DNA from: Saccostrea cucullata
Lineage: Eukaryota
DNA: 64,000 nt
Assembly (NCBI RefSeq): GCF_032062105.1
Contig: NW_026941129.1
Coordinates: forward strand, 62,001 to 126,000
Direction: 5' to 3'
Shown in pieces: positions 36,670-50,257 of this stretch. A program made the position numbers and the translations under genes. How positions within the stretch are numbered: position 1 is the first letter of the stretch; each line of letters begins with the position of its first letter. The notes beneath the pieces were generated by a model that was not told where the DNA came from, did no database searches, and saw only the letters and a list, made by a program, of their open reading frames with translations.

Positions 36670-37251
36670 AAGATGTATCACCATTGATTGAATAAAAATG
36701 AGTTGATGAGATTTTTATTATTCTCAATTTCGTGTATGGTTGGCGTTAGAGATGGTACCATCACCATTTTTTCACAGAAGTAGTAACTGGCCCCTAGTAT
36801 CCCACCCTCAAAATTTCAGACCCGAAAACTTATGTTTAAATTTTGAATTGCGAGCTGCGTTCTAGAATGCAGTTCACTTTTGAATTGCAAATTGCGAACT
36901 GCGTTCCAAAATCTTATTGCCTGTATGTTTGGCACATTGCAATACTTTCAGAAAGGTATTTTATATAATTTATATATTATACAATTATATTTGATTCGCT
37001 AGTTTAACTTGAAGAAGTTTGACGAAAGGAAAGAATGATATTATAACGAATATTTAATAAATGGAAAATCACCTACCTTTTGCAAAAAAATTGCTATCTA
37101 GACTTCCCCAGAAATTTAACTGCCTCCCAGATTAAGAATTTGAACTTATTAATAATTAGAAAAGTGACATATAAATCTTTTTTTTTTTGTGCTTTTGAAA
37201 TTCTGATCTTTTTCCAGACTTTGGCTGTTTTTGTCAAGTGAGCTTTATTGT

Positions 37252-38388
37252 AAAGAATGAGTGCACTTAAGCTATGAGAGTTGGATCCCGATGTTTTGCG
37301 CAAAACAAAATTCCAAAATTTATTAAATTTACGTTTTATAGGTATTAAACAATGTCTTAAGAGCAGATTTTGGTATATTATATTACATGAAAGTATTAAA
37401 TAATGCCGAACGACACTAGCTTTTGAGACGGGGGTCTAACAGTTTTGTCTAATTTCTATTGTTATTCATATGCATACCAGTTTTCAACGACTTTGTTTAC
37501 ATCGAGCCGCAACTTGGCCATTTTTCTTATTTGCACAGAATATGTATTTTTACTTAAACTTATACATATCCAAAGGACAATGTTGGCCAAGTTGCGGTTC
37601 ATATCTAATTTTCAAAAAAATGTCCCAAAACTAGGGTCGAGATAGCTACTAAATTAACCAGTAACTGAGCAACAACGATTGATATTATAATCACCTTTCT
37701 CACGTGATCTTCTGCTGTTCGATACGCTAACGCTTTCATTGAAAATTTCATTGTGTTTAAGTCTCTGTTGTGAAATTATATATCGCACTTCCAACTTCAA
37801 ACTATGAAAGATTTTTGTGCAAATTTTAATATGGTTTGAAATAATATGTCTCTTAATTATCTTTATGCTTTTCATTAGGGGTGTTTTGAAAGAATTCTGG
37901 TATTGACAGTGTCATTAGTAAGTACATGTATAGGCTTAGATCGCCTCTGTATTATGGTCTGCACAGCGAGACATTTACCCCATCCCTTAACATTAGAATC
38001 ATTTAATAATTGTGCACCATGAAATCAACACGATCTCTCTCTCTCTCTCTCTCTCTCTTCTCCGTTTCAATTCGCAATGCGAAAAAATCATGTGCTAATG
38101 TTTACATTCCACAACCATGCGGTTTAAATGTCTCCGCCTATTTGAGGATACCTTAGATTCGAAAGTGGTCTCGTTCAAATTTCCGGAATTTAAGGTTAAT
38201 ACATGTTCTTTTCAATTGCATTTTCTGTGATTATAGAAATATGTATGACAAAAAGTTCTAGAAAAAAATATCAAAAGAATATGTTTGCACATTAATCATA
38301 GATTAATTTAGCGATATATTGTAATGTTAAGCTTAAAATGGGTAGCCAAAAAGGTTCAAAATGACGTACTTAAGTGCACTCATTCTTT
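37252..38388. mobile_element. Non-autonomous DNA transposon with perfect 20-bp TIRs, superfamily unclear
   Basis: aaagaatgagtgcacttaag (37252-37271) and cttaagtgcactcattcttt (38369-38388). Confidence 0.7.
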
Positions 38389-39709
38389 GTTTTGAGGGTT
38401 TAAAGCTATGAGATCAAGTTAACTTTAACTATCTGTTTAAAGTTTAAAAAACGTGGATAACTTTAATTTTTAATTTTTGATTTTTAAAAATGATTATTTT
38501 GATATTCTTACACGCTGTGGTTTTCACTCATTTTTCAAAACATGTATTTGTTGAATTTTCGCATGCATTACATTGCAGTTGGTTGTTGTAAGTCTTTGTC
38601 GCAAAGGGAGGTACCCATTTTGATGCCAATATATCATTTTTGTTCATTGAAATCCACCTGCTCATGTTTCTATAAAAAAGAAATTAATTTCTGTATATTT
38701 CACATATTTCGGGGAATATTTCTTTGGGATTCTTTATGAGTTTTACGGCAGCTTTCATGAAGTGCTTAATTTTGCGCTGGTTTACTGATTCTTTACCATT
38801 CATTTTTAATGCAGTGTCTCGAATAGCCCTTGTTTTCCAGCTTCTCACAATAAAACTAAGTGATGAAAAGTGGTCAAATAAACTGTATTCAATTCATTAA
38901 AGATTCAATCATTACAGAAAGTCAACCTTAATATCATATGATCTGTATATTGTATGTCATAGAGCTAAGGACATTATTTATTGAACAACCCTCGTACCAT
39001 AAAGATAGGAAAACGATTCGTTCGTCATTGATTAAACACAAGGAAACAATTTCCATATGCGATTGTGACTCTTGTGGTCATAAGGCAAATAGAAAACAAA
39101 ATCATAAATAAGGACACAAGCAAATACCAGTAAGCTGTGCAAAATCTTGAAAAACAAGAATACAAAAAAATGAGTATAAATCATTACAAAAAATAGGAAT
39201 GTAACTTATTTTATTAAGCATTAATGTCCACTTTCATGTACAATATCCACAAATTGTAACAGTAACACGAATATTGAATTCATTGGTAAGTGAAAAAGTC
39301 TAATTATAGAAATGTTGGTCCCACTTTAATATATAGAATCATATCCTTCATGAGAGATCCTCCGTATCTTTTGAAACATCTTTGAAGTTCATTTATTCAT
39401 CATTATTACACAAACACTATTTAAATGCCACAACTTATGAGTTTATTCACAGTTATCTACGCCGCTTTGAACAAAATCTATAGAAAAGGTTGCAATGTCT
39501 GGATTTTTTGTCTTTCTGTTTACTCCTCAAAATTTTACGCCAAAAATTCTCACCGGAAGAAAGTGTCTAAATCATGATGCATTAAATGAGTTTCTGCAAT
39601 TCAACCTCCAAAGCGTCATCCCAGAATCAATTGGTAACCATCCCATAAGTGTAAAAAATCTTTTTAAAAAGTTTTCCTATGAGACAAATGATAATTAAAA
39701 ACTAAATGT

Positions 39710-39985
39710 TCAGGTACTAATAGTGAAATTCGATTTTGTGATTGTTGTGTTTGTTTTATCAGTAGTTTGTCCACCAGCTATCGTCATGTATTTCCACTTG
39801 CAAAATGAATATACTGGAGTTGATCCGTTAAACATATACCAAAACAGAAACAGAATAAACAACAGGAATATCTCCATGAGCACGAAACACTTCCATTTAT
39901 TTACATAATCTCGTCTTCGTAGAAAATCATTTAACAGGCGATCAAAGATGGGCATAAAGGGAAGGATCCAATTTAGAAATGCCAT
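39710..39985 (-). CDS. Small single-pass membrane protein or exon, unknown family (copy 1)
   Basis: 91-aa ORF with hydrophobic CFVLMEIFLLFILFLFWYM; protein-level conservation with a paralog at 43988-44200. Confidence 0.5.
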   Translation of the reverse strand: MAFLNWILPFMPIFDRLLNDFLRRRDYVNKWKCFVLMEIFLLFILFLFWYMFNGSTPVYSFCKWKYMTIAGGQTTDKTNTTITKSNFTIST

Positions 39986-40304
39986 TATTCCAGTAATTTC
40001 TGATTTTATGCTGGTGTAAAATTAAGATTATTGGCTAGCAAATTTAGAGAAAAACCAGACAGTTCGGTTTAAAGATAAAGTTTTAAAGACTGAAAACAGA
40101 AATAGCTTTAATAAATAAAGCAGGCTGTTACTTTGAATACATGAAGACACTTCTAGTGCAGAAAGATTTTAATCCTCGCAAAGGGTCCCGAGCAAACACG
40201 TGGCTGTTGGACTATTGGTTCCTCTGGTAAATTTCATTTGATACTTAGGCTTGCTTCTCTCATTTAGAAGAACTTAACCAGGCGAGTAAAAGCTTTCAAA
40301 TGTA

Positions 40305-40570
40305 GTTAGATGAAACATAAGGAGATATCGAATAGTATTCAAGATCAAAAGTCCATAAAACCAAACAAAATAGAGGCATAGCTTCACGGACATCCGAATC
40401 ATAAAAGGTTGGATCAGGTGCAATGGAAGAGTGAGCATCCCCTGTCGACTGGTCACACCCGCCGTGTGCTCCTTGTCATGATCTGGATATAAGGAAAAAT
40501 CCGTCGTCAATTCAGTGTAAAAATATTGGACTAAAAATTAGTATGGAAAACGTTAGCTAGCTTTTGACTC
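40305..40570 (-). mobile_element. Retroelement 3'-end/UTR fragment (same family as 46960-47300)
   Basis: ggatcaggtgc..gagtgagcatcccctgtcgactggtcacacccgccgtgtgctccttgtcatgatc is shared with 47059-47135. Confidence 0.65.
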
Positions 40571-41489
40571 AATGGTATATTGTATCTGCTGAAAATAAAG
40601 ATAAAATCTTGGTAGATAAAATAAACAGAAAGGATGCTGTTGACATCACAAACGTATGCGTTATAAGTTGATCATCATAGAACGGTTGAGAGAGATGAAA
40701 AACGGTCAAGATTTACAAAATTTCCGTAAAATGTCACCTTGTCAGCCAACAAGCTATTAAATGAAAATTTCGAGGAGCCCAAAGGCAAGTTGTTTACTCA
40801 GGACCCCTGTCATTGCAAAGAAACAGTGACCTACCATTCCCCTCTCCTCTCCTTAGGAGCGGAGAAATAATAACTTTTACACAAAGGTAACGGTCGAGAA
40901 AAGAATTCATTGGTACGCAATAGCTTACCTTACTTGACTCGATTTTTTTGGAAAATGATTTTTTTTGCAAAGCTCTTGGGTAACATGAGGGTTGGATAGC
41001 TTAATTGAATAATGAAAATCTCTTAATGTAAGGAAATGCTTCATAGTTCAACTAAATCTCCAATGGGTTTTTGTTGTCGTTGTTGTCTATTTTCATATTT
41101 CTATATTCTCCGGAACTAACGAATGAATTTCAAGCAAACATGGCACGAAATACCCATTGGTGAAAGGAAAACAAGATGAAATTTCTTTTTTATTACTATA
41201 TACATCTTGTACTTGTACATCCTTTAAAGACAGAGATATTATAAAAATCGTTAGATTAACCTGGGCTAATAATTATTTTTCCCAAAAACACTGGGTCAGA
41301 CAAGCAGAGGGCACTTGTGCCACTAAACCTATCTAAAAGAACTATTAGCTCAAAGAATTGTGGTCCCCCGCTTCCAATGTCTTTGTGGGTGAGATTCCAT
41401 TATTTATGGCATATTGTGTCAAATATGAACGTCGTTTCATATGTCATTCAAGAGTTATCACCAAAGTTTTTTTAATTAAATCAAACATG

Positions 41490-42105
41490 AGGGTGTAGGT
41501 GAGAAATCATAAAATGTTTGGAAATATTTTGTCACAGGTAATGAAAATTTCAAATATGAAAGCCATATCTTTTCACAATCAAAATTTAATAGGAAGAAAT
41601 AACATTTTTGAAAAACGGGTCAAGCCTTAAGGACAAGGTCACGGGTTCATTTAGAAAGGTCTTGTCACAGGTAATATACATTTGAAATGAGATATCTCCT
41701 CTTTTAAAAGTTATGACAATGGTTAAAGTTTTTAGAAATAAGTCAATATTAAAGGTCAACGTCACGGTTGTAAAAAATCATAGTGGTTTTAAAAAGGTCT
41801 TGAGATAGGTTTTACACATGTTTAATATGTACGCACTATCTCTTTTCATTCATAGGTTTTAGCCGCCAATTAAAAGTAATGTTTGAATTTTTAATAATAG
41901 GTCAAACTTCAAGGTTAAAGTCAATTGTTTTAAAATTATACTGTATTTAGAAAGGTTTTGTCATAAGTAATAAACATGTTTGATATGACAGTGCTATCTC
42001 TTCTCATTCAAAAGATATGACCAGGGCTAATGTTTTTATGACAGACAGACAGACAAATGCCGAATTATTGCCGAATTAAAATTGTTTAAATCACAGGCAT
42101 AGGGG
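41490..42105 (+). mobile_element. Diverged HINE/pearl-like element
   Basis: ~155-bp core repeats (aaaggtcttgtcacaggtaat..., ggtcaa..caaggtca) ending in (GACA)n at ~42039-42055. Confidence 0.55.
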
Positions 42106-43987
42106 ATAAGGGTTGCAATTTAGTTTCAATGGAAATGTACATTATTTTTTTAGTTAAAAGGTACTATTTTTTAAGAGTATGATGGTCATTGATAGTAAAA
42201 TTACTATTTGTATAAATCCCCTTATAATACACTCATAACTGTTGATATCATGATACACAGAAACACATGCAGTTTAATTGGAGTTGCCATATGGGATCAT
42301 ATTTATACATGAAAACAAATAATGCAGTATAGAAGGAATATAAAAAAGTTTTGAGACTATCAAAGCCACGCTTTTATATATAAATAAATTATTCTTAAAG
42401 TGTATTTGTTGATACATTTTTATTTTCATATTATCGAACCTGATCTTTTTTATGCAGCAAAATAAAATGGGGAAAAATCTCTTCCAGAACAAGATAACAT
42501 CTTTAAAGGGGTCATAAAAAGATGAAAGGCAGAAAAAATGCCTTTCATGTTAGCTTGGTGACAAATTGTTTTATACATGTATAGTTTTTGAGTTGAAAGC
42601 GATTTTAAATGTAGTCTTAGGTCAAAATCTAAGACATAATTCTGTTATAAAATGTTCTTTGCATTTACCACATTTAAACACAGGTTTTATCAGATTTCAG
42701 GTCAAGAATTATCTGTCTACTTGTCATATCCCCTGCTGTCTGTTACGTTTTCATATTTTTGGTGTTTTCTGAAGAAATAGAAATTTTCAGGTTTTGAAGA
42801 AAATTTCGCAACTCATGACATCATAATACATGGACTAGAGAGTAAATTACATCATATTTTAATGATATATCACTAAGGTTAAAAAAAATACAGTATATAA
42901 TTTTTTCAACTAAAACTGGGTATTTTTGATTTTTCAAATATTCAATTGCCCAGAAGAGGCCCAAAGTGCAATGTGTTTCCACAATAGTTGGTCCGTTAGC
43001 TGACTATAGGTAATTTTACTTTAACGTAGTATCAAGGTCTTTTGTACTATAATTAATCAAATATTTCACTTTAATGAAGCAAATTATTTTGCTATGGAAT
43101 CCAGATTGTTATATTCAGGAAAAATGTATCAAAAAGCAAGAACCCCACGTTTGCCAATAATTAAAGGTCAGAAAACAACATTTTCAATGCAATATTTTAT
43201 AAGCGTTTTCAGATAATATTACTTTTCTAAGCATTGTAATTGAACTGTCTGTCTATCGATGAGAATAATTGTCATGGTTTGGAAAATAAGGTCATAAAAA
43301 TTGAAATTAAATTCAATCATAGCAAAACACTTTTTCATTTATAATGATAATATATAGATATATTATGTAAAATTTATTTCAAATCATTACATTCTTAGAA
43401 TTTTTAAGACCATTTGTCTATGAAATAGGATATAAACATGAAATTAAAGAGGACGGAAACAATTATTTTCAAAATTGGCTTTTAATTGTTTTTTTTTCTA
43501 AAGGTATATCGTCAAAGCATGACTAAAATGTACATTTAACTGTTTAAGAACATGGAGCAAGTATCCTCTTTACCTTACAAATAGACTTTTTAAAAGAACA
43601 TTCGTATCTTTTTAACAAATATTTGAAGTTCAATTATTTAAATGTTATTTAATAAACAATATTTTAACAAGATTTAAATGCCACAACTTGATATGAGTTA
43701 ATGCACAGTTATTCACACCGTGGTAGATTCTTTAGAATACGATGAAATTTCTGTCTGTAAATTACTGTCGTTTCTGCATTCCCTCTGAATATTTCCTTCT
43801 TAACAAATTTTCTCACTGGTAGAAAGTCTTGTCAAACATATTTTAAAGTTTGAGACCAATAAGTTTTTTTTTTGTAAAAGAAAGTTAAATCAAGATACTC
43901 ATTGTTCCTGTCCCAACAACGCATGAATTCGACTATGATTGTGTTTATAGTTACTTTAACCATCTCCATGGCCATGCATTCGACATA

Positions 43988-44200
43988 CTAGTATTTCCAC
44001 TTGCAAAATGAATAAAATGGAGTTGAACCGTGATACATGTACCAAAGCACGCAAAACAGCAACAGAATGAACAGTACATATATCTGCAAAAACACACAAT
44101 TCTTCCATGGATTCCTACGATCCTGACCTGGTAAATAATCATCCAGGATCCGATTAATGATCAAATTCAGAGCATTAGATCCACAGGAATATGCCTTAAA
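43988..44200 (-). pseudogene. Paralog of the 39710-39985 membrane-protein ORF (copy 2; no in-frame ATG, earlier stop)
   Basis: Minus frame reads LIINRILDDYLPGQDRRNPWKNCVFLQIYVLFILLLFCVLWYMYHGSTPFYSFCKWKY*; this frame is absent from the ORF track. Confidence 0.55.
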
Positions 44201-44271
44201 CGGTGCCTTGTTATAAACACAATAAATGTATCAGGAATTTTCGTCACTTGGAAAGCCAGACAGTAACTTTT

Positions 44272-44442
44272 TTTCGTTTTAAAAGTTAGAATTCTTTAAC
44301 TGCAGAGTATTTCTTTCATTTTAAAAGTTATAATTCTTTAACTGCAGAGTATATTTCTTTCGATTTAAAAGTTAAAATTCTTTAACTGCAGAGTATTTCT
44401 TTTGATGTAAAAGTTAAATTCTTTAACTGCAGAGTATATCTT
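44272..44442. repeat. Minisatellite, ~4 x 41-43 bp
   Basis: ttttaaaagttanaattctttaactgcagagtatttcttt repeated. Confidence 0.85.
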
Positions 44443-44872
44443 TTGTAACGCAATTTAATAGTGTTTTATTTTGTGAATGAACTCTGTTATTAAAAACAAG
44501 ACAAAATTTTTGTTTTATTTGAACATGATTAACTATTTTGCAAAGTTCACAGGCATTTCTGTAATTAAGGTATAACCGTTAGCATCGTTCTTCTTTGTGT
44601 CCATCAAGCTCCGAGCGTAAACAGAAACACTTTACAGCGAACAAGAACATTTAATGAATTAGACTTGTATTGGTGGGGGCTTCATAGATTTGTAGAATAA
44701 GTGAATATTAAATGTTTATTTAATGAGTTCATTTTAGTGACGGAACATTTAAGCCGTCGCTCAGGGAAATATATGAAGCTTTTAAGCAAATTATAGCAGA
44801 TATAAATACGGGGGTTTAAATGATGTTATGCAGCGAACGCATCACCCCATGTGTTTTGAAACTGGACAGAGA

Positions 44873-46421
44873 ATGGCCACAGTTTTGCTACTACTGTCCA
44901 CTTTGATATGGGCTGTAAACTGTTCGCATCTCTCCAACACGATAGAGGATTACCAGGCATTGACCAACAGATTACTGGCTAACTACTCAAGTAAGATCAG
45001 GCCTATCTGGGATCAAGGCCAGAGCCTCCCTATACAAGTCAGTATGTGGGTGGCTAGTATCAATGACGTCAATGATGTCGCTCAGAAGATGGTAACCACG
45101 GCATACTTGTACGTCACGTGGACAGACGCCATGTTGACTTGGAATTCCACGGAAACAGGGATTTATTGGATGCAGTTTAATCAGGTTAATTTTTTCTGGT
45201 GAAATAAAATTTATATACGAAAAAAGTCTGAATTAAAAATATGATATAGTCTATGTTCTAAATTTTCCACGGTGATGCACTGCTTTTATAAGAATAAAAA
45301 GAACTTAATTTGTACTAGTGGTCAAAAACTGAAACCCTAAAGCTTTTGAATTTGATAATGAAATTTACGCGTTCTTTCATCGATTTCCTCTAAATGAGAA
45401 ATGAGCCCAAACTAATTATACTAGGTAAAAAACTACAGACTAGTTTACATGTACCTGCATAATATTGATTATGAAAAGTACATTTTATGTTCTCTTTCAG
45501 AAAGATTTATGGATACCAGACCTGGTGCTGAGTAATGGATTCACGGCCTTCAAACCTCTGGGTGGTGATTTCTATTATCTTTACGTGGGCAGCGATGGAT
45601 CAGTGTCTTGGTATCCCTACATGGTGTTTGAATCCAAGTGTAAACTCGATGTCTCATTTTATCCTTTTGACTCGCAAACATGTAAAATCCAGTTCAAAAG
45701 TTGGAGCTATAGCCAGTGGGAAGTAAATCTAACTATTTCTGATGAGAAGATTGGGTTTTACGATTTTGTGGAAAACACCGTATGGGAAGTGACGTCAACA
45801 GATGCAGTAAATGAAGATGCAAACAATGAACCGACAGTTGCATTTATAATTCATCTCCAGAGAAAATCTTTATATTATATCATGAATGTGTTTCTTCCTA
45901 TAATTTTTCTGGGTATACTCAGTCCCGTGGTATTCATTATCCCAGCTGATGCCGGAGAGAAAATGGGTTACGCCGTCACGATATTTCTGACCTTTGTCGT
46001 GTTTCTAACTATTGTAAGTTCGAACCTTCCAGTTAATTCTGACAGTGTTTCGTACATGGCAGTTTACCTCCTCATCAAGCTTATGTTTGGTGCCATGATA
46101 ATCGTCATAACGTCAATACAATTACGAATCAACCACAGGAAGTCAGAAAGGGAAATTGGGAAAGTGTTCCAGGGTCTAGTTAGGCTGGAGCGTCGTCTGC
46201 GATGTGCAGGTCAAAGATCGGGCTCGGGCTGCGCATGCTCAGGACGTGTACAGGGAATAGACCTTCCGGTTATGGCGGACAAAGGAAAGGCAGAGGCCAT
46301 TGAGGAGGATATAAGCTGGAATGACGTGTCTTCTGCCATTGACTTTTATTCCTTTTGGTTCCTTGTCTTTGCAGATATAACAGTTACTTCCTCCATATTT
46401 ACATATACTGCGTTAAATTAG
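44873..46421 (+). CDS. Cys-loop ligand-gated ion channel, nAChR-like non-alpha subunit, 2 exons
   Basis: Exons 44873-45184 and 45501-46421; signal peptide, YSSKIRP, WTDAMLTW, LWIPDL, Cys-loop CKLDVSFYPFDSQTC, four TM segments, GEK before M2; no vicinal Cys in loop C. Confidence 0.93.
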
Positions 46422-46939
46422 CTCCACTATACATACAGATATAGATAGAGAGAGGTATATGTTTTTTTTTAATTCAGTAATGACTAAAAATAAATGTTAA
46501 ACACAATACGAGTAATTCAACTGTTATGTTTTCAGTTACTCAAACTATTCATCTTAATACTAACCAAAATTTACGTCTCAGGTTAAACGAGGCTTGGCAG
46601 ATGAGAATCGAACCCGGGCCTCCCGATCATGAACTTAAAAAATTACCACAAGGTCATCGTTACATATCCAGTTGTTTGAAGTTTGAAGAAGAGAATGAAA
46701 AAATAGGAGTGTAAGCTTAACAAATTCGTTCGCTCCAATGGTCATACCATACAGAATATTTACTTTAATAATAATAACACTTTAAAATAGGTGGTTAAAG
46801 CGTCTGCTCTAGAGTCGCGGAGTAAGGAGTTGTGGTTTATTTCACAAAAATGTACGTCTAAGAAAAAAATGTCCCATTCCTCAACAAGTATATAAGCTGT
46901 GATAGACATATCTTGTATTTCTATTTAGCCAGGTTACCG

Positions 46940-47635
46940 ACAAAAAATATTTAAGAATGAAAATTTTGAAGATAGCGACCACAATTCAAGCTCAAAAGTC
47001 CATAAAACAATAAAAAATAGGAGCAAAGCAAACACAGACCTCCAAAACATCAGAATTGGAATCAGGTGCCAGGGAGGAGTGAGCATCCCCTGCTGCCGAC
47101 CGGTCACACCTGTCGTGTGCTCCTTGTCATGATCGGGAAAAAACAAAACAAACATTGTCAATTCAGTGTGTAAACAATGGACTAATAATTTGTATGAAAA
47201 CGTCAGTCAGCATTTGACTCAATGATTAATTGCATTTGCTGACAAGATAATTGTATCGACCATAGAACGTACAAAATGATGACTTTAAACAAAACTGATA
47301 ATATTCTTATTTCATCACCTTTTTTGTCAATGACTTACATGTACCTCGTTTAAGAAATTGTACATACGAAGAGCATGCGTTTGCATATCGAATCAATTGA
47401 GAGATATAAACTCCGTATACAGGTGGAGAAATTATATTGCTGCATAAATAATGGAAGCTGCTGATTGAAAAAATTAATGTCACGTTTATCATAGAGCTTT
47501 GCTGTTAGATGACCATTAACGTCCTTTTAAAGTAAAATATCCAAATGTGAAACATGTTTCAGACTCTGGGGTATCTTTCATCTCAAGCTCACCTGGATAT
47601 ATCGCATCGACATAAGAATGAAAATAACAATTAAT
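46940..47635 (-). mobile_element. Degraded Penelope-like retroelement RT C-terminal fragment plus 3' end
   Basis: Minus-strand remnants IYPGELEMKDT, DKRD, CSNIISPPVYGVYISQLIRYANACSSY with frameshifts. Confidence 0.65.
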
Positions 47636-48669
47636 TAAGTACAGAGATGTCAAATGAAAACGGTTATTGATCCTTACAACACGGGTTTGAATTTAATGCG
47701 GAACCTAGAGACCTGTCCTTGGGGTGAGATAGTGTAGACCGAGGTCCCGTATCGCTTTAGAAGATCATTGACTGCTCACCGTCAATCAGTCCCGAGTATT
47801 TGTACACTGTAGGTTTCAAGGATAATTCTCTATAAGGTCATTTTCCAGACGATACAAGAAATAATCTAAAAACGATGATTTAATGTAATTTAAATCTCTC
47901 TATTTTATTATTTCGGTGTTTATTTTTCAACAGCGATCACATTTATATAATCATTTGATGTAGAGATAAAATATGGCGGTCAAATAGAGAAAAATGAGGG
48001 TAGGTCTAATTAAATCATGTTTAAATGCGTGCTAAATAATCTTATTTGTCGAAAATTATTAATATACTAGTATAATTATGCAATTCAAATTAAAATAAAA
48101 GTCTACAAATTTATTTTAAGACTGTTCATAATGCTCAAATTTACTTGTATATTTCCATGCCGACTTTTCCTTTAAAATGAATACTTGTAGTATCAAAACT
48201 ATGGTCTGGACAGGTATCCAGTGACATTGACAATGTTCAAACGGCCATAGATTGGGTCGTCTGGTCACATGTATTCTTTATCCCAAGCATACTTTTTTAA
48301 ATATTTTTATCCTTCAAACTGAGAAAAGCCTCAGCAAAAATGTATTTATACTTCTGAAGCCATTGACCAAAAGTGTTCAAATTACAGCCTATATATACTT
48401 ATATCCATGTATATACAATCAATTGTAGGGTAAATTCAAAAATAGCAACACATAACCCTTTAGATATTGACAGTATATACACACAAATAATTGTTTAACC
48501 ACACAAGTATCATAAAAATCATTATGTTAGATAAAACTATTTCAAAGGGCCAGAAAACAGAACATTTCTATCACATCATCTTTAAAAATTCATTATTTCA
48601 GATTTTTTGAAAGAATTCTTAAAGTATTTTCTCGCAGTTTTAAGTTTGAAAAAAAAAAAACAGGTTTAT

Positions 48670-49166
48670 TAAGGAATCACTGTCTAGTTAGTATAGTATG
48701 CCAGGGCATCAACAATAGTGGGAAACATGGGATAATTTGCATAACGGGCGAAGCCCGTTATGCATAAATTATCCCATTTTTTCCCACTATTGTTGATGTC
48801 CCTGGCATACTATATAACTAGACAGTGATTCCTTATATTTCCATTTCATTGTAAAGTAAAGTTGTAGATTAAGACTTTAAAAATGCAGACATAAATTTAA
48901 ATTACACGAGAATTCCCATGCCAATTTCAATAGTTCTCGCCCACTATGTCAAACATAACAGCAGCTGCACGAGATTTTCGTGCATATTTGGCCTCCATAG
49001 CGTCAGACTCAGAGACAGATGCGCACGAGATTTACATGCATATTAGGCCTCTTTAGCTCCTGACCTATTGACCTGCCTAATTTACATTCCAGTAGAATTA
49101 TCAAGAAATTAACTCCGCTAAGTTTCAAAGAGTTATTACAGAGACATTATTAGAAATGGAAATATA
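48670..49166. mobile_element. Foldback element: ~80-bp-arm hairpin plus a second short inverted repeat
   Basis: taaggaatcactgtctagtta...ataacgggc-gaa-gcccgttat...taactagacagtgattcctta (48670-48835); tatatttccatttc (48834-48847) pairs with gaaatggaaatata (49153-49166). Confidence 0.75.
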
Positions 49167-50257
49167 TTAAAATATCTGCTTACATGTATTACTTTGTAAG
49201 AATGATAAGTACCAGCAAACAATTTTAGAAGACACATACATATGCAATTGCGAAACATATGATCCACATATACATTACCTTTCACATGAAGATCATATGT
49301 GGATCATATAATTTGCTTTATATGATTCTCATATGATAACATATGTTACACATATGTGGACCATATGTGGCGAAGTTACCTGTGTATCAGAAAAAAGAAT
49401 GAAAACAATGGACCCATTGGCTTTGTTCCTGCTGTTCTTTCCTATATTTTCCTCTTTGTAAATACATGTACCCATTAAGACCACAACCTACTCCAGAGGG
49501 GGGGATGGTTTGATAAATTAAGACTCCATACTTCTCTAGGATGCTTTCATTAAGTTTCAATTTTTATGACCAAGTGGTTATTTAGAGGAAGATTTAATAA
49601 TTCTTCCTTGGTAAAGATTAAAAACAAAAGCAAAGAATATTCATTAATATTTTAAACCTCTAAGCTAAAAACAGGTTTCTGTAGTAAACATATCTATAGT
49701 TTGGAAAAAAATACATTAAACGATTTTACAGTCTGAAGCATTTTATAGAAATTTTATAATTTGAGTGTAGCCTTAAAATGTCTTAACAGTAGTAAAATAA
49801 TAATATTCAAAGACTTTACAGAATAAAGCATGTATAGTAACATTATAATTATAGTCTAGCCCATAAGTATGGTTACAGTATTTTCAGAAACTTAACATTC
49901 AAAGATTTTACAGTAAAGAGGATGTTTGATAACATTAGTAGAGCGTTTGAAAAAAAAAACTTAACATTCAATCAGTTTACAATGTAAGGCATTTATATTA
50001 ACAAAATAAGATGGTAACATATGTTTCAGTTTGGAATGTTCACTAAATGATGTAAAAAGATTACTAGGATCATTAAAACATACATGTAATTCTTTAATAT
50101 TGCAATTCTATTTGTAAATTTTGTCAATAAATAATAAACTCTGCCCTATTAAGGAGTCGTAGTCTTTTCCTTCATAGGCTGCTGAGTTAGCTTCCCTTTA
50201 GGCTTATGGTACAATCTGGAAATAAAAATTATTCAGTAAAATTATTTTTTCTCTTAC

